A DNA stretch of 64,000 nt from Candidatus Krumholzibacteriia bacterium (GTDB taxonomy: Bacteria; Krumholzibacteriota; Krumholzibacteriia; WVZY01). Each line of letters opens with the position of its first letter. Position 1 is the stretch's first letter. The stretch lies in contig JBHHVD010000003.1 in the NCBI GenBank assembly GCA_046754105.1, forward strand, positions 2,707 to 66,706. Reading direction: 5' to 3'. The notes under the pieces were generated by a model. It saw nothing but the letters and a program-made list of their open reading frames with translations. It was not told where the DNA came from and searched no databases. This document shows, piece by piece, positions 38,407 through 48,680 of the stretch. Position numbers and translations under genes: made by a program.

Positions 38407-39315
38407 GTGACGCTCAAAGAGACACCCGCCCAACGGACCCGGAGGCTCGGGGCACTCGTTCGCGGCGGATTCAACGGTCTTGCGCGAGCCATCCAGCGTG
38501 CCTGGGACGGCTTCTTCGACCGCCGCGTGCCCATGATGGCCGCCGGGCTCGCGTTCTATTTTCTTCTGGGCCTGATCCCGTTCCTGTTCATTATCGCGGC
38601 GACCACCGGTTATTTCCTCAAGAACAACCCGGGCATTTACCAGCAGGTCACCGCGACCGTCCTGGAACTGCTGCCCCCCGGTATCGGGGAAAAGCTGCTC
38701 GTGCAGATACAGGGAGCGGCGACGAACTGGCAGGGGTTCGGCGCGTTGGGCCTGATAACGATGGTGCTGGTGGCGATGGGGCTTTTCGACGCGCTGGATG
38801 AGGGTATCAACGCGGTGATGGGAACGAAGAAAAAGGTCGGCTTCCTCACCGGCCGCGTCATATCGTTCGCTTACGTCGTGGGAGCGATAACGTTTTTTTC
38901 GGTGGCGGCGGCGGCCGGTTACAGTCTCAACCTGTTTTCCGAGCTGCCGTACTTCCAGGAACATCCCGCGCTGGTCTCGTTCTTCGGCCGGTATTTTTCG
39001 GAATGGGTGTTCGCCATATTTCTGCTGGCGCTCTACCTCACGCTGCCGGTCAAGACACCTCGTTTCTTTCACGCCATCGTCATCGCACTGGCCGTTACCG
39101 GCGCGTGGACGGGCCTGCAGAAGCTGGGCACGTTCATAACGGCGGGAATCGTCAGGCGACAGGCGATCTACGGCGCGCTGGCAGGCGCGGCGGTCTTTCT
39201 GACGTGGATGTACGTACTCGCACTCCTCATCCTTCTCGGGGCCCGAATTCTCGACTTCTGGCACCGTACCGCGCGCATGGACACCCAGGATTTGAAAAAA
39301 GCACAACACATGTAG
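38407..39315 (+). CDS. YihY/BrkB (virulence factor BrkB / RNase BN-like) family membrane protein
   Basis: MAAGLAFYFLLGLIPFLF... with six TM segments, typical of the YihY family. GTG start chosen to avoid overlap with the MFS gene. Confidence 0.8.
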   Translation: MTLKETPAQRTRRLGALVRGGFNGLARAIQRAWDGFFDRRVPMMAAGLAFYFLLGLIPFLFIIAATTGYFLKNNPGIYQQVTATVLELLPPGIGEKLLVQIQGAATNWQGFGALGLITMVLVAMGLFDALDEGINAVMGTKKKVGFLTGRVISFAYVVGAITFFSVAAAAGYSLNLFSELPYFQEHPALVSFFGRYFSEWVFAIFLLALYLTLPVKTPRFFHAIVIALAVTGAWTGLQKLGTFITAGIVRRQAIYGALAGAAVFLTWMYVLALLILLGARILDFWHRTARMDTQDLKKAQHM

Positions 39316-39427
39316 CTGCAAGGAGTTATAACGATTTCGTGGCGCCGCGTCCCGCGCCATCCATACCATTTTCACTTACCGTTCCGGAGGCGATGCAGTA
39401 TAATGTTATCGAACGGGGGTATCAACC

Positions 39428-40141
39428 ATGACTGATTCCGCGAACAAGCTCTACTGCTCGGCCTGTGAGATGCGCCTGCAGTCCGCCCTGAAAGACGTGC
39501 GGACCAACAATCTCGAGGCGATCGACACGACGAAAGCGTGCAACTCGTTCAAGAAAGGCCAGGTAATATTCGAGCAAGGGTCCCTGCCCAAGGGGATCTT
39601 TTGTATCCATGACGGCAAGGTCAAGGTATACAAGACCGGTGATGAAGGCCGCGACCAGATCGTGCGTTTCGCCAAGAACGGAGACATTATGGGCTATCGA
39701 TCGCTGATCAGCGGCGAGCGGTACTCGGTGTCCGCCGCGGCGCTCGAGGACAGCGTGGTTTGTTTCATCCCGCAGCAGACGTTTTTTGAGGTACTCAGGT
39801 CCGACGAGCAATTTCCGATGACGGTCATCCGACTGCTGTCCGGTGAGTTACAGCGGGCACAGGAGCAGATCGTCAACCTCGCGCAGAAACCGGTGCGCGA
39901 GCGACTCGCCGAGACGCTTCTGATTCTCAAAGAGGTCTACGGCACGGATAACGGCGATAACGCGACACTCAACGTCAAGTTGTCGCGCGACGAACTCGCC
40001 AGTGTCGTGGGCACCGCGACCGAGACCCTGGTGCGGACGATCGCAGATCTCAAACGCGAGAACCTGATCGCGACCGACAAGAAAAAGATTCGCATCCTGG
40101 ACGTCCAGGGGCTGATCCGCGCCGGAAATCTGCACGATTAG
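39428..40141 (+). CDS. Crp/Fnr family transcriptional regulator
   Basis: 237 aa. cNMP-binding beta-roll (FKKGQVIFEQGSLPKGIFCIHDGKVKV) and a C-terminal HTH (RDELASVVGTATETLVRTIADL). An N-terminal Cys cluster (CSAC) may indicate an Fnr-like sensor. Confidence 0.9.
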   Translation: MTDSANKLYCSACEMRLQSALKDVRTNNLEAIDTTKACNSFKKGQVIFEQGSLPKGIFCIHDGKVKVYKTGDEGRDQIVRFAKNGDIMGYRSLISGERYSVSAAALEDSVVCFIPQQTFFEVLRSDEQFPMTVIRLLSGELQRAQEQIVNLAQKPVRERLAETLLILKEVYGTDNGDNATLNVKLSRDELASVVGTATETLVRTIADLKRENLIATDKKKIRILDVQGLIRAGNLHD

Positions 40142-40253
40142 CGCGTCCGCAGCACCCCGCCCGCCTGAACCCGAAAACTAGTTGAGGTGCCGGTGATGAT
40201 CTGGCATGTTTATGGCAATCCGATGCCGGGCAACCCGCGGCAAAGAAACTGGC

Positions 40254-41033
40254 ATGCAAACCGAAGTATTCGAGAACGTCAAGGGAATCCTGTTCGATAT
40301 GGACGGCGTGGTCCACATCGGCAACTCTCTGGTGCCCGGTGCCGCGGACACGATAAACCACCTCGACTCCAGGGGGATACCCTACCGCTTCCTGACCAAC
40401 ACGACCACGCTCTCTCCAGAGAGTCTGTGGCGCAAGATGGTCGACATGGGGCTTCCCATTACCTCGGACGTGATTCTCACCGTCCACCAGGCCGCTGCCA
40501 CGTACTTGGGCCGCAGCCCGCAGCAAAAATGTTACCTGCTGATCGACGCCAACGCCCTGCCGGCGTACAAGGGACTTCCGCAATCCGAATCGCATCCCGA
40601 TCGCATTGTCATCGGCGATATCGGTGATCGCTGGAACTACACGCTCTTGAACGACATCTTCACGATGGTCATGGGCGGCGCGGAAATGGTCGCCCTGCAC
40701 AAGGGGCGCTTCTGGCAGACCGAACGGGGCCTGAGAATGGATATCGGCGCCTTCGTGTGCGGTCTCGAGTACGCGACCGGCGTGCAAGCCACGATCATCG
40801 GCAAGCCGGCGCCCGCGTTCTTCGAGGCGGCATTGCACGACCTGGGCCTCGATAAGAAGGCGGTCGTCATGATCGGCGACGACATCGAGACAGACGTCGG
40901 CGGGGCGCAGATGGCAGGAATACGCGGGGTGCTGGTCAAGACCGGTAAGTACCGCCAAGACGACGTGGATCGCTCTGCCGTCGAGCCGGACGCCGTTCTC
41001 TCGTCCATCACCGATCTCATGGAGATGCTCTGA
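40254..41033 (+). CDS. HAD-IIA family hydrolase
   Basis: Motif I FDMDGV, a cap domain, and motif IV GDDIETD. Confidence 0.85.
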   Translation: MQTEVFENVKGILFDMDGVVHIGNSLVPGAADTINHLDSRGIPYRFLTNTTTLSPESLWRKMVDMGLPITSDVILTVHQAAATYLGRSPQQKCYLLIDANALPAYKGLPQSESHPDRIVIGDIGDRWNYTLLNDIFTMVMGGAEMVALHKGRFWQTERGLRMDIGAFVCGLEYATGVQATIIGKPAPAFFEAALHDLGLDKKAVVMIGDDIETDVGGAQMAGIRGVLVKTGKYRQDDVDRSAVEPDAVLSSITDLMEML

Positions 41034-41050
41034 AAGCGCAGGCGGCAATC

Positions 41051-43477
41051 ATGCGAAAAAAGCTGCTCATCACCGCCGTCATTCTCGCCGCTCTCGCGAC
41101 GGCGTTTGTCGTCCTGCTCCTGAACCTCGGCGGACTGGCCAACCGCAACAAGGATTTCCTGATCGCGAGGGCCGAAGGGGCTCTCGGCCGCAAGATAACG
41201 GTCGGCAAGATCGGCGTAACGATTCGGGGTGGGTTGGGTGTCCGTCTGCAGGATTTCGCCATCGCAGACGACCCCGGCTTTTCGTCTGAACCGTTCATTC
41301 GCGCCGCCGACCTGCAGGTGAACGCCAGGCTCCTGCCGTTGCTCCGGAAGCAGTTCGAAGTAAAACGGGTCATTCTGCGTGAGCCGGTGATCCGGATCAT
41401 CCGCAACGCCGAAGGACTGCTCAACGTGGCCGCCCGGCCCGGCGGCGACGGCGGCGCCACCGGCATCTCTGCGCCGTCATCGGCTTCGCAGCCCGCCGTG
41501 CTCGTTATCTCGCTGGTGAACCTCGACGGCGGTGAACTGCATTATATAGATCAAACGCAGGGGCTCGAGCTGCGCGTTACCGATATGCAGTCCCGCGTGG
41601 AAGACATCGACCTCGATAACCCGATCACGCTCGAGCTCGCCGCCGCCTTCCTCTCGGACGCCCGCAACGTGACGGTGCGGGCGACCGTCGGTCCGGCGGG
41701 AGACGACCCGTGGAAGACGCCGATGGATGCCACCGTAACACTCGACCCGTTCGAGCTCGGTCGCGGCGTGGATACGTTCCCGCAGTTGGCCGCCTCGCTG
41801 CCCGAGGGTTTCGAGATCACCGGACCGGTGAAGCTCACGGCAAGCGTGTCGGGCACGCCGGCCGAACCGGAGGTCGTCATCGCGCTCGACGCTACGACGG
41901 CGACGCTCCGCGGCCCACAGGGATTTCACAAGGCCGAAGGCGTGCCACTTACCATCGACAGCGGTCTGAAGACCGGGGCCGCGTCCGTCGAGATAGCGGA
42001 CCTCGAGCTCGTATTCAACAACCTGAAGGTCACGGGCCAGGGCGAGGTCGCAACGGGTGAGGCACCGTCGGTCAAGCTGGATCTCGCCTCGCAGCCCACG
42101 GACCTGGCAGGTTGGTCATCGATCCTGCCGGCGATGGAGCCTTACGAGCTCGGGGGCAACGTTCAGTTCGCGGCGGCGGTACGGGGACCGCTTGGGGGCG
42201 AAAAACCGCCGGGGGTCAGCGGCACGGCGAAGATTCGGGGTGGTTCCGCGAAGCTGCCGCAGCAACCGAAACCCCTGCGCGAGATCCAGGCCGACGCCAC
42301 CTTTACCGAGCGCGGCGCCGAGATCATGAACGCTTCCCTGAAGATCGGCGGCTCCCGCATCGACGCCGAGGCCACGGTAGTCAGTTTCGATCCCCTGACC
42401 GTGGATTACCGGGCCAGCTCGCCGTCGCTGGCGCTGTTGGACGTCAAGCCGCCTAACCCCGCGGCCAAAAAGCCGGAAGCCATGGAGACGCTCGTCGTGC
42501 AAGGTCGTATGCGCGCCGGCCGGACGGTCATCAACCGGGGCAAGTTGTCCTCGACCGGCGGTTCCGTCGCCAACTTCGACTATGAGAATCTGACGGGCAA
42601 GTACTCGGCGGAGGGAAACGCAATCGACCTTTCCGACGTCAGCGTACAAACCCTCGACGGTTCGCTGAACGGCAAGGGCCGTATCCTGATGGACGAGCAG
42701 TCACCTTCGTTCAACTTCGAGTCCGAGGCACGCGATCTCAACCTGGTGCAAGTGTTCGAGGTGATACCGGGGGGCGTGCGGAAGCACTTGCGAGGCAGGG
42801 CCAATCTCAACGTGAAGATCTCGGGAAAAGGGAAAGACTGGAACAACATCCAGAAGACCGTCGATGGTGACGGGTTTGCCAATTTTTTTGCCGGCGAGAT
42901 CGTCGGTACCAACATTTTCAACAAGATCGTCGATCAGCTGTCCAGCATCACCGGCAACCCCGACTGGGTCGCGCAAAACGTCCGCGACAAATACCCGAAG
43001 GTGTTCAAGAACGCGGATACCGCCTTCAAGGACTTCAGCAGCACGTTTGTCATCGAGGGCGGCAAACTTCTGGCACGCAACGTCAAGCTCGACGCCGGCG
43101 ATTATTCGATGCTGGGCAAAGGGGCGCTGGACTTCGGCGGCGGTCTCGACCTCAACATCACCCTCACCGTATCGAAGGGGCTCAGCGCCGACCTGGTCAG
43201 CGGGTTCAGCGCGGCGTCATTGCTCCTCGACACACAGGGCCGGATTCAGATCCCGTTTCTCCTCACCGGTACGCTGCCGGGCGTCAAGGCGAAACCCGAC
43301 CCCGACTTCGTCAAGAAGGTGCTCGAGAAGGCGCTGGTCAACAAGGGGCTCGATCTCTTCGGCAAGAAGGGCTCTGACCTCGAAGAGCTGAAGAAGGACG
43401 GCCTGAAAAAGTTTCTCGATTTTGGCAAGAAAAAGAAAAAGCCGGCCGCTCCGGCGGACACTACGACCGCCCCCTGA
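41051..43477 (+). CDS. AsmA family outer-membrane assembly protein
   Basis: 808 aa. N-terminal TM anchor MRKKLLITAVILAALATAFVVLLL, long beta-rich body, Lys-rich C-terminus. Architecture matches AsmA/DUF748. Confidence 0.7.
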   Translation: MRKKLLITAVILAALATAFVVLLLNLGGLANRNKDFLIARAEGALGRKITVGKIGVTIRGGLGVRLQDFAIADDPGFSSEPFIRAADLQVNARLLPLLRKQFEVKRVILREPVIRIIRNAEGLLNVAARPGGDGGATGISAPSSASQPAVLVISLVNLDGGELHYIDQTQGLELRVTDMQSRVEDIDLDNPITLELAAAFLSDARNVTVRATVGPAGDDPWKTPMDATVTLDPFELGRGVDTFPQLAASLPEGFEITGPVKLTASVSGTPAEPEVVIALDATTATLRGPQGFHKAEGVPLTIDSGLKTGAASVEIADLELVFNNLKVTGQGEVATGEAPSVKLDLASQPTDLAGWSSILPAMEPYELGGNVQFAAAVRGPLGGEKPPGVSGTAKIRGGSAKLPQQPKPLREIQADATFTERGAEIMNASLKIGGSRIDAEATVVSFDPLTVDYRASSPSLALLDVKPPNPAAKKPEAMETLVVQGRMRAGRTVINRGKLSSTGGSVANFDYENLTGKYSAEGNAIDLSDVSVQTLDGSLNGKGRILMDEQSPSFNFESEARDLNLVQVFEVIPGGVRKHLRGRANLNVKISGKGKDWNNIQKTVDGDGFANFFAGEIVGTNIFNKIVDQLSSITGNPDWVAQNVRDKYPKVFKNADTAFKDFSSTFVIEGGKLLARNVKLDAGDYSMLGKGALDFGGGLDLNITLTVSKGLSADLVSGFSAASLLLDTQGRIQIPFLLTGTLPGVKAKPDPDFVKKVLEKALVNKGLDLFGKKGSDLEELKKDGLKKFLDFGKKKKKPAAPADTTTAP

Positions 43478-43520
43478 CCGGCTCTTCGAATCGATGCCAC
43501 TCTAACCGGCGTACGGGATC

Positions 43521-45074
43521 GTGCCACGACTGAATACCTCCGAGAGGGGACCGCAACAGTATCTCGACGTGGATCACCTCACCGGTGATCTCCGCCGTCG
43601 GTCGGTCCGCGGCGGTGCCTTGACCATCGGCAACCAGGGCGCCAAGTTTATCCTCACGCTGGGCTCGACGGCGATCCTCGCCCGCATCCTCACGCCCGAG
43701 GATTTCGGCCTGATCGCCATGGTCATGGCGATCATCGGCTTTATCGCCACGTTCAAGGACATGGGCCTCGCCATGGCCACCGTGCAGCGCCACGACATCC
43801 GCCACGACCAGGTCAGCACGTTGTTCTGGATCAACCTCGGCGCCAGCTTCCTGATCATGGCGCTGACCGCGTCGGTGGCGCCGCTCTTCGCCTGGCTCTA
43901 CGACGAGCCGAGGGTCCGTCTCATCACCATGGCCCTCGCCATCACCGTCATCTTCAGCGGGCTCACCGTACAGCACCAGGCGCTGCTGCGGCGGCAGATG
44001 CGATTTGCCGCGATAGCGGCCATCGAGATTTCGGCCATGACCATCGGCCTTGCGACCGCGGTCGCCTGTGCGCTGGCCGGGTTGGGATACTGGTCGCTCG
44101 TGCTCGCGCCGATTACGAAAGAGGTCGCGACCGCGGCCGGCGTGTGGGCGGCGTGCGGCTGGCGGCCCGGCAGGCCCGCGAGGCGCTCCGGCGTGCGAAC
44201 GCTGCTCTCGTTCGGCGCCCATCTGACCGGGTTCAATCTCATCAACTATTTTGCGCGCAACCTCGACAAGGTGCTCATCGGCCGTTACTACGGGGCCGCA
44301 CCCGCGGGTCTCTACACCAAGGCCTACGCGCTGGTCCTGCTTCCGATACAGCAGATCAACGTCCCACTGACCGCCGTCGCCGTTCCGACCTTGAGCCGGC
44401 TGCAGGGCCAGTTGGACCGGTTCCGCGCCTACTACCGCCGCGGCGTGATGCTCGCGGTCGCCGCCGGGATGCCCGTAATCGCGTTTCTGTTCGTGGACGC
44501 CGAGCGGGCGGTGCTGACCGTCCTCGGTGACCAGTGGATCGAGGCGGTCGGTATATTCCGCGCGCTCGCGCCGGCGGCCTTCTTTGGCACCTTCAACGTG
44601 GCGACCGGTTGGGTCTACGTAACCCTGGACCAGACGCACCGTCAGTTCAGGTGGGGGATATTCGCGTCAGCCTTCACCGTCGCTGCTTTTGCGGTGGGGC
44701 TCCGATGGGGTGCCCTTGGGGTCGGTACGGCGTTTAGCGCCGCCGTCGTGCTCCTGAGAGTGCCGGCGCTCGTGTATTGTTTCCGTCCCACCCCCCTGGG
44801 CCTGTCCGATTTCGTTGCCGCCGTATGGAGGCCGTTTACGGCATCGCTCGTGGCGGGCGCGGCGCTTCATATCGTGGGGCGCTCGATCGATTTGCCAATC
44901 GCCGTGGGGGCGCGCCTCGTGATCGATTTCGCTCTTTATCTGGTGTGCTACGCCGTGGTGTGGGTCGGGCTTCCCCACGGCCGCCGTTCGGCTATCGACC
45001 TCCTGCGCCTCGCACGCGAGCTGCGCCCCGCGCGACCCCCGGCCGCAGACGAAACCGCGGAGCCGTTGCACTGA
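43521..45074 (+). CDS. Polysaccharide biosynthesis protein / Wzx-like flippase (MOP superfamily)
   Basis: 517 aa with about 12-14 TM segments. N-terminal LTIGNQGAKFILTLGSTAILARILTPEDFGL is typical of Wzx/RfbX. Confidence 0.75.
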   Translation: MPRLNTSERGPQQYLDVDHLTGDLRRRSVRGGALTIGNQGAKFILTLGSTAILARILTPEDFGLIAMVMAIIGFIATFKDMGLAMATVQRHDIRHDQVSTLFWINLGASFLIMALTASVAPLFAWLYDEPRVRLITMALAITVIFSGLTVQHQALLRRQMRFAAIAAIEISAMTIGLATAVACALAGLGYWSLVLAPITKEVATAAGVWAACGWRPGRPARRSGVRTLLSFGAHLTGFNLINYFARNLDKVLIGRYYGAAPAGLYTKAYALVLLPIQQINVPLTAVAVPTLSRLQGQLDRFRAYYRRGVMLAVAAGMPVIAFLFVDAERAVLTVLGDQWIEAVGIFRALAPAAFFGTFNVATGWVYVTLDQTHRQFRWGIFASAFTVAAFAVGLRWGALGVGTAFSAAVVLLRVPALVYCFRPTPLGLSDFVAAVWRPFTASLVAGAALHIVGRSIDLPIAVGARLVIDFALYLVCYAVVWVGLPHGRRSAIDLLRLARELRPARPPAADETAEPLH

Positions 45075-45919
45075 TGTCCGCCGGCGAACCACGAATCCAC
45101 CCGGCGAGAAGGCTCAACCGGCGCGTGCGCGCGGCGCTCGGGCAAGCGAGTGAGTTCGTGCGATCCCTCGGGGCCACGGTACATACCGGCCCCCTGCTCA
45201 TCCTGGGCAACCAGAAGTCCGGCACGACGGCCATCGCTGCGCTGCTCTCCGAAATGACCGGCATCCGCGCGACGCTCGATCTCAAGAAGGAAATGTCCGA
45301 CCCGGTGATCGACCACGTCAAATCGGGGGCGATGTCGTTCGACGCGTTCGTGCGGCGCAACAAGCTCGACTTCTCGCGGCCGATCATAAAGGAACCGAGC
45401 CTGACGCTTTTCTACGATGAGCTGTCACGGTACTTTCCGCGCTCGCGGTTTGTCATGGTCATCCGCGACCCGCGGGACAATATCCGCAGCATCCTCGACC
45501 GCGTCGGTATCCCCGGCAACCTGGAGGGCCTCGATGAGCGCGAGCTGGAGGGAATGAGCCGCGCCTGGCGGCTGATCCTCGACAACCGCTGGCTCGGCAT
45601 CGAGGGCGGTCACTATATCGACGCCCTGGCCCACCGCTGGAACCACGCGATCGATCTCTACCGGCGGCACAGCGAGCGCACCGTGCTCTCTCGCTACGAG
45701 ACCTTTCTCGACGACAAGATGGGCGAGATCACGCGCCTGGCCGAAGTCCTCGGCATGCCGGCCCGACACGACGTATCGGGACGCGTCGACGTCCAGTTTC
45801 AGCCGGCCGGCAACCGCGGCGTGCGGTGGGTGGATTTCTACGGTAGTGACAATCTCGCCCGTATCGAATCGATTTGCGCGGAGCGCATGGCGGGATTCGA
45901 TTACGACCCCAGTCGATGA
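45074..45919 (+). CDS. Sulfotransferase family protein
   Basis: 5'-PSB motif GNQKSGTTA and 3'-PB motif VIRDPRDNIRS. Its ATG overlaps the flippase stop (ATGA). Confidence 0.8.
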   Translation: MSAGEPRIHPARRLNRRVRAALGQASEFVRSLGATVHTGPLLILGNQKSGTTAIAALLSEMTGIRATLDLKKEMSDPVIDHVKSGAMSFDAFVRRNKLDFSRPIIKEPSLTLFYDELSRYFPRSRFVMVIRDPRDNIRSILDRVGIPGNLEGLDERELEGMSRAWRLILDNRWLGIEGGHYIDALAHRWNHAIDLYRRHSERTVLSRYETFLDDKMGEITRLAEVLGMPARHDVSGRVDVQFQPAGNRGVRWVDFYGSDNLARIESICAERMAGFDYDPSR

Positions 45920-45978
45920 CAAGGCCGGGTACGGCGGCCTCGCCCTCCATTTCGGCGCCCGCCCGCTCGGCTACGACG

Positions 45979-47337
45979 TCAACGCCGCAGCTTGATGTGG
46001 AACCGCATGGTGCCGGTCTGCGTCCGCCGGGCCATATCCGCCGTCGTGTAGCTGTTTATCAGGTTTTTCTTCCCGAGAAAGAACACATACTGTTCGAAAT
46101 TCTCGAGGCCGGGCAGATCGCGCCCGGTGACCGAGTAGTCGTGGGTCTGGTCCTGCCACGACGGCGGGTCGTCCACGAATACGGAATCGCCCCGGACGTC
46201 CGCCAACGGGTAGACGGCGGTATAGGTGACGGTATCGGCGAGCGTGGAGCTGGCGGCGCCGTCGAACCAGGCCCCGGCGCGCCCGAACGACTCCTCGAAA
46301 CCGTCGCTCACCCGCGGGAACGTGTAGCGCCAGGCGGCGATACCCGATCCGTCTTCCTTCGGGTGATCGTGTCCGGTGGCGTGGATGAAAAAACGAAACG
46401 TCTTCGTCTTGAAGGGGTCCAGCCCGATGATGGCGAAACCGCTGTCGGCGGGCGCCCACCAGTCCCACACGATGGTGTCGTTGTCGTTGATGACGGTGCC
46501 GTCATGGTTCTCGAGCCGGAAGCTGTCCAGGGTCGGGTCAAAATTACCGACGATGGGCACCGAGGCCGGCGTCGGGTCGGGACCGGTCGGGTTCGTCGTC
46601 CGCGCCCGGATGACGTATTCGAGGCTGCCGATATTCATCGACGTCGAATCCACCCCGCTGAACGGGTTGTTGTCGATGGGGTCGAGGGGCAGCCACGGGG
46701 ACTGAAAGAACTTCACGCCGGGGGGAAAGAACCGTGAGTCCCGCTCGTAATTCAACTGGTACTCGAAGCACATATTGACCGGATCGGCGCAGAGTGCCGG
46801 CGCAAACCCGCTTCCCTCGTAGAACACGGTAATCCAGCTTCGGTAGGGGACCGTATCCGGGACCGCGTCCATGAAATCGACGAACTCGTTCACCGGCTGG
46901 CCGCCGACGAGATACGTGACGAGGATCGTTGTGATCTCCGTATCCGCGGTCAATCCCAACATCACCGTCAGCGCGGGAGACCACTGGGACTCGACTAGCG
47001 GATGGATCTTGCAGCGCGCCTGCGCGGCGACATCCAGCAGACCCACCCCGGACCAGATGACGCTGGCCGTGTCCGCATCCCCCCACGCCGTCCGGTCGCC
47101 CGCCCCCGCCCGGTCGAGGTCGAAACGATACTCGACGGGATGCTCCAGACTGCTCGCCGCACCACCACTCCTGTAGGTCACGGTGTCGCCGGCGAGTACC
47201 GAGACGTCTCCCATCGGCACGATGGGGACCGTTACCACCTCGCTCGGACCCGGTGGCGGCGGCGGTATCTGTGCATCCTCGCCTCCACAGGCACTCATGA
47301 ACACCGTCAAAACGACCGTCACGAACAATCGTCTCAT
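45979..47337 (-). CDS. Hypothetical lipoprotein
   Basis: Start at MRRLFVTVVLTVFMSACGG (lipobox). 453 aa with no family recognised. Confidence 0.5.
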   Translation of the reverse strand: MRRLFVTVVLTVFMSACGGEDAQIPPPPPGPSEVVTVPIVPMGDVSVLAGDTVTYRSGGAASSLEHPVEYRFDLDRAGAGDRTAWGDADTASVIWSGVGLLDVAAQARCKIHPLVESQWSPALTVMLGLTADTEITTILVTYLVGGQPVNEFVDFMDAVPDTVPYRSWITVFYEGSGFAPALCADPVNMCFEYQLNYERDSRFFPPGVKFFQSPWLPLDPIDNNPFSGVDSTSMNIGSLEYVIRARTTNPTGPDPTPASVPIVGNFDPTLDSFRLENHDGTVINDNDTIVWDWWAPADSGFAIIGLDPFKTKTFRFFIHATGHDHPKEDGSGIAAWRYTFPRVSDGFEESFGRAGAWFDGAASSTLADTVTYTAVYPLADVRGDSVFVDDPPSWQDQTHDYSVTGRDLPGLENFEQYVFFLGKKNLINSYTTADMARRTQTGTMRFHIKLRR

Positions 47338-47537
47338 TGGACTCGCCCCTTTTTGCCCGGGTTTCGCGCCGCCGCGCGGCGGATACCTGAAACCTTTTTC
47401 TGTGGGGATCGGACGCCGTGGGGCTCGCGCCGCCGCTCTTGTGGGGTAGTGCACGTGGGGTTTCGAACCTGTCCCTGATTATCCTACCAGAAACATTGGC
47501 GAATGGCTATCGCAACGCAACCGCAAATCGCCCGGCC

Positions 47538-47613
47538 GCGGGCCGTCCCACCCGCCGCGGGCCGTCCCACCCGCCGTGGGCCGTCCTGCCTGCCGTGGGC
47601 CGTCCTGCCTGCC
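47538..47613. repeat. Perfect tandem repeat, 4 x 19 bp (two variants, each x2: GCGGGCCGTCCCACCCGCC x2, GTGGGCCGTCCTGCCTGCC x2)
   Basis: Read directly from the sequence. It lies in the divergent intergenic region between the lipoprotein gene (minus) and the radical SAM gene (plus). Confidence 0.85.
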
Positions 47614-47774
47614 CGGCCGCCGGCGGACCGCCCCACCCCGGCCGCGGGGTATCGCCACCGGTCTTCCGCGGCCACGGCGCGCCCCCGCATCACCCCGCCA
47701 GCCCGGATGCCTGCAGCGGCCATTTTCCGATGGACAACCCCGCCACGGTCGTGTAAAAAACAAGCTCCTCGACC

Positions 47775-48680
47775 ATGTACTACGGCAAACGACCGATCGG
47801 CATTTTCGATCTCACCAACCGGTGCCCGCTTCGATGCAGGCACTGTTACTACTATACAAATGTATCCGCCATACCGGCCGAGCTCGACCGTGACGCTTTT
47901 CTGGAAAGACTCGCGGCAACACGGGATCGATACGGCATCCGCTCCGCCTTCTGGATCGGCGGCGAGCCCCTGCTCGAGCCCGATCTGCTCCGTCGCGCGA
48001 TGGATCTCTTTGCGCGCAACGCGGTGGCCACCTCCGGTGCGCTTCCCATACCCGCCGACCTCGGTGCGGGCCTTTTGGTGTCGGTGGACGGCCCCGAAGC
48101 GGCGCACGACGCGCTTCGAGGCGAAGGCACGTTCGCCCTCGCCATGCAGCACATCCGCGCACTTCCCGAGCGGTCCTTCGCCATCGCCACCACGCTGACC
48201 TCGTCGTCGGTCGATTCTATCGATGCGTTTCCCCACCTCGTGGAATCCACGCGGGCCCTGGGGATCCTGGTCGGCTTTCACGTCGGGCGGCCGGGCGACC
48301 CGTCGCGGCTCGATGACAACCGGCGCGACCGGGCCGTGGATGAACTGTTACGCATACACGACGCCAACCCCGGTGTCCTGCTCCATTCGCGGCGGGCGAT
48401 CGAGCTGTTCAGACCGCGCTACAGCGCGGAGATAGCGAAGAAATGTATATACCGGGACGTTGCGATCGCGTTCGACGTTCGCTTTGGCGTCAAGAGTCCG
48501 TGCACGTTTGCCGAAAACGCGGCGTGCGATGCGTGCGGTTGTCCCGTCGTCATCTCGCACGCCGCGTGGCGGGACAGCGACGTGGAGAGCAAGGCGCTGC
48601 TGCACGCGCTCTTTCCAAAACGACAAGGCGGGCGGGATGACGCCAAAACCCAGGCGGCCCGACGGCTCCCAGGCCGATAA
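47775..48680 (+). CDS. Radical SAM protein with C-terminal Cys cluster (SPASM/twitch-like)
   Basis: CPLRCRHC (CxxxCxxC) at residues 17-24. C-terminal CTFAENAACDACGCP. Confidence 0.7.
   Translation: MYYGKRPIGIFDLTNRCPLRCRHCYYYTNVSAIPAELDRDAFLERLAATRDRYGIRSAFWIGGEPLLEPDLLRRAMDLFARNAVATSGALPIPADLGAGLLVSVDGPEAAHDALRGEGTFALAMQHIRALPERSFAIATTLTSSSVDSIDAFPHLVESTRALGILVGFHVGRPGDPSRLDDNRRDRAVDELLRIHDANPGVLLHSRRAIELFRPRYSAEIAKKCIYRDVAIAFDVRFGVKSPCTFAENAACDACGCPVVISHAAWRDSDVESKALLHALFPKRQGGRDDAKTQAARRLPGR

Noticed and set aside
47538-47613. CRISPR array
   Set aside because: The repeats are directly abutting with no spacers, there are only four units, and no cas genes are present. It is a simple tandem repeat.
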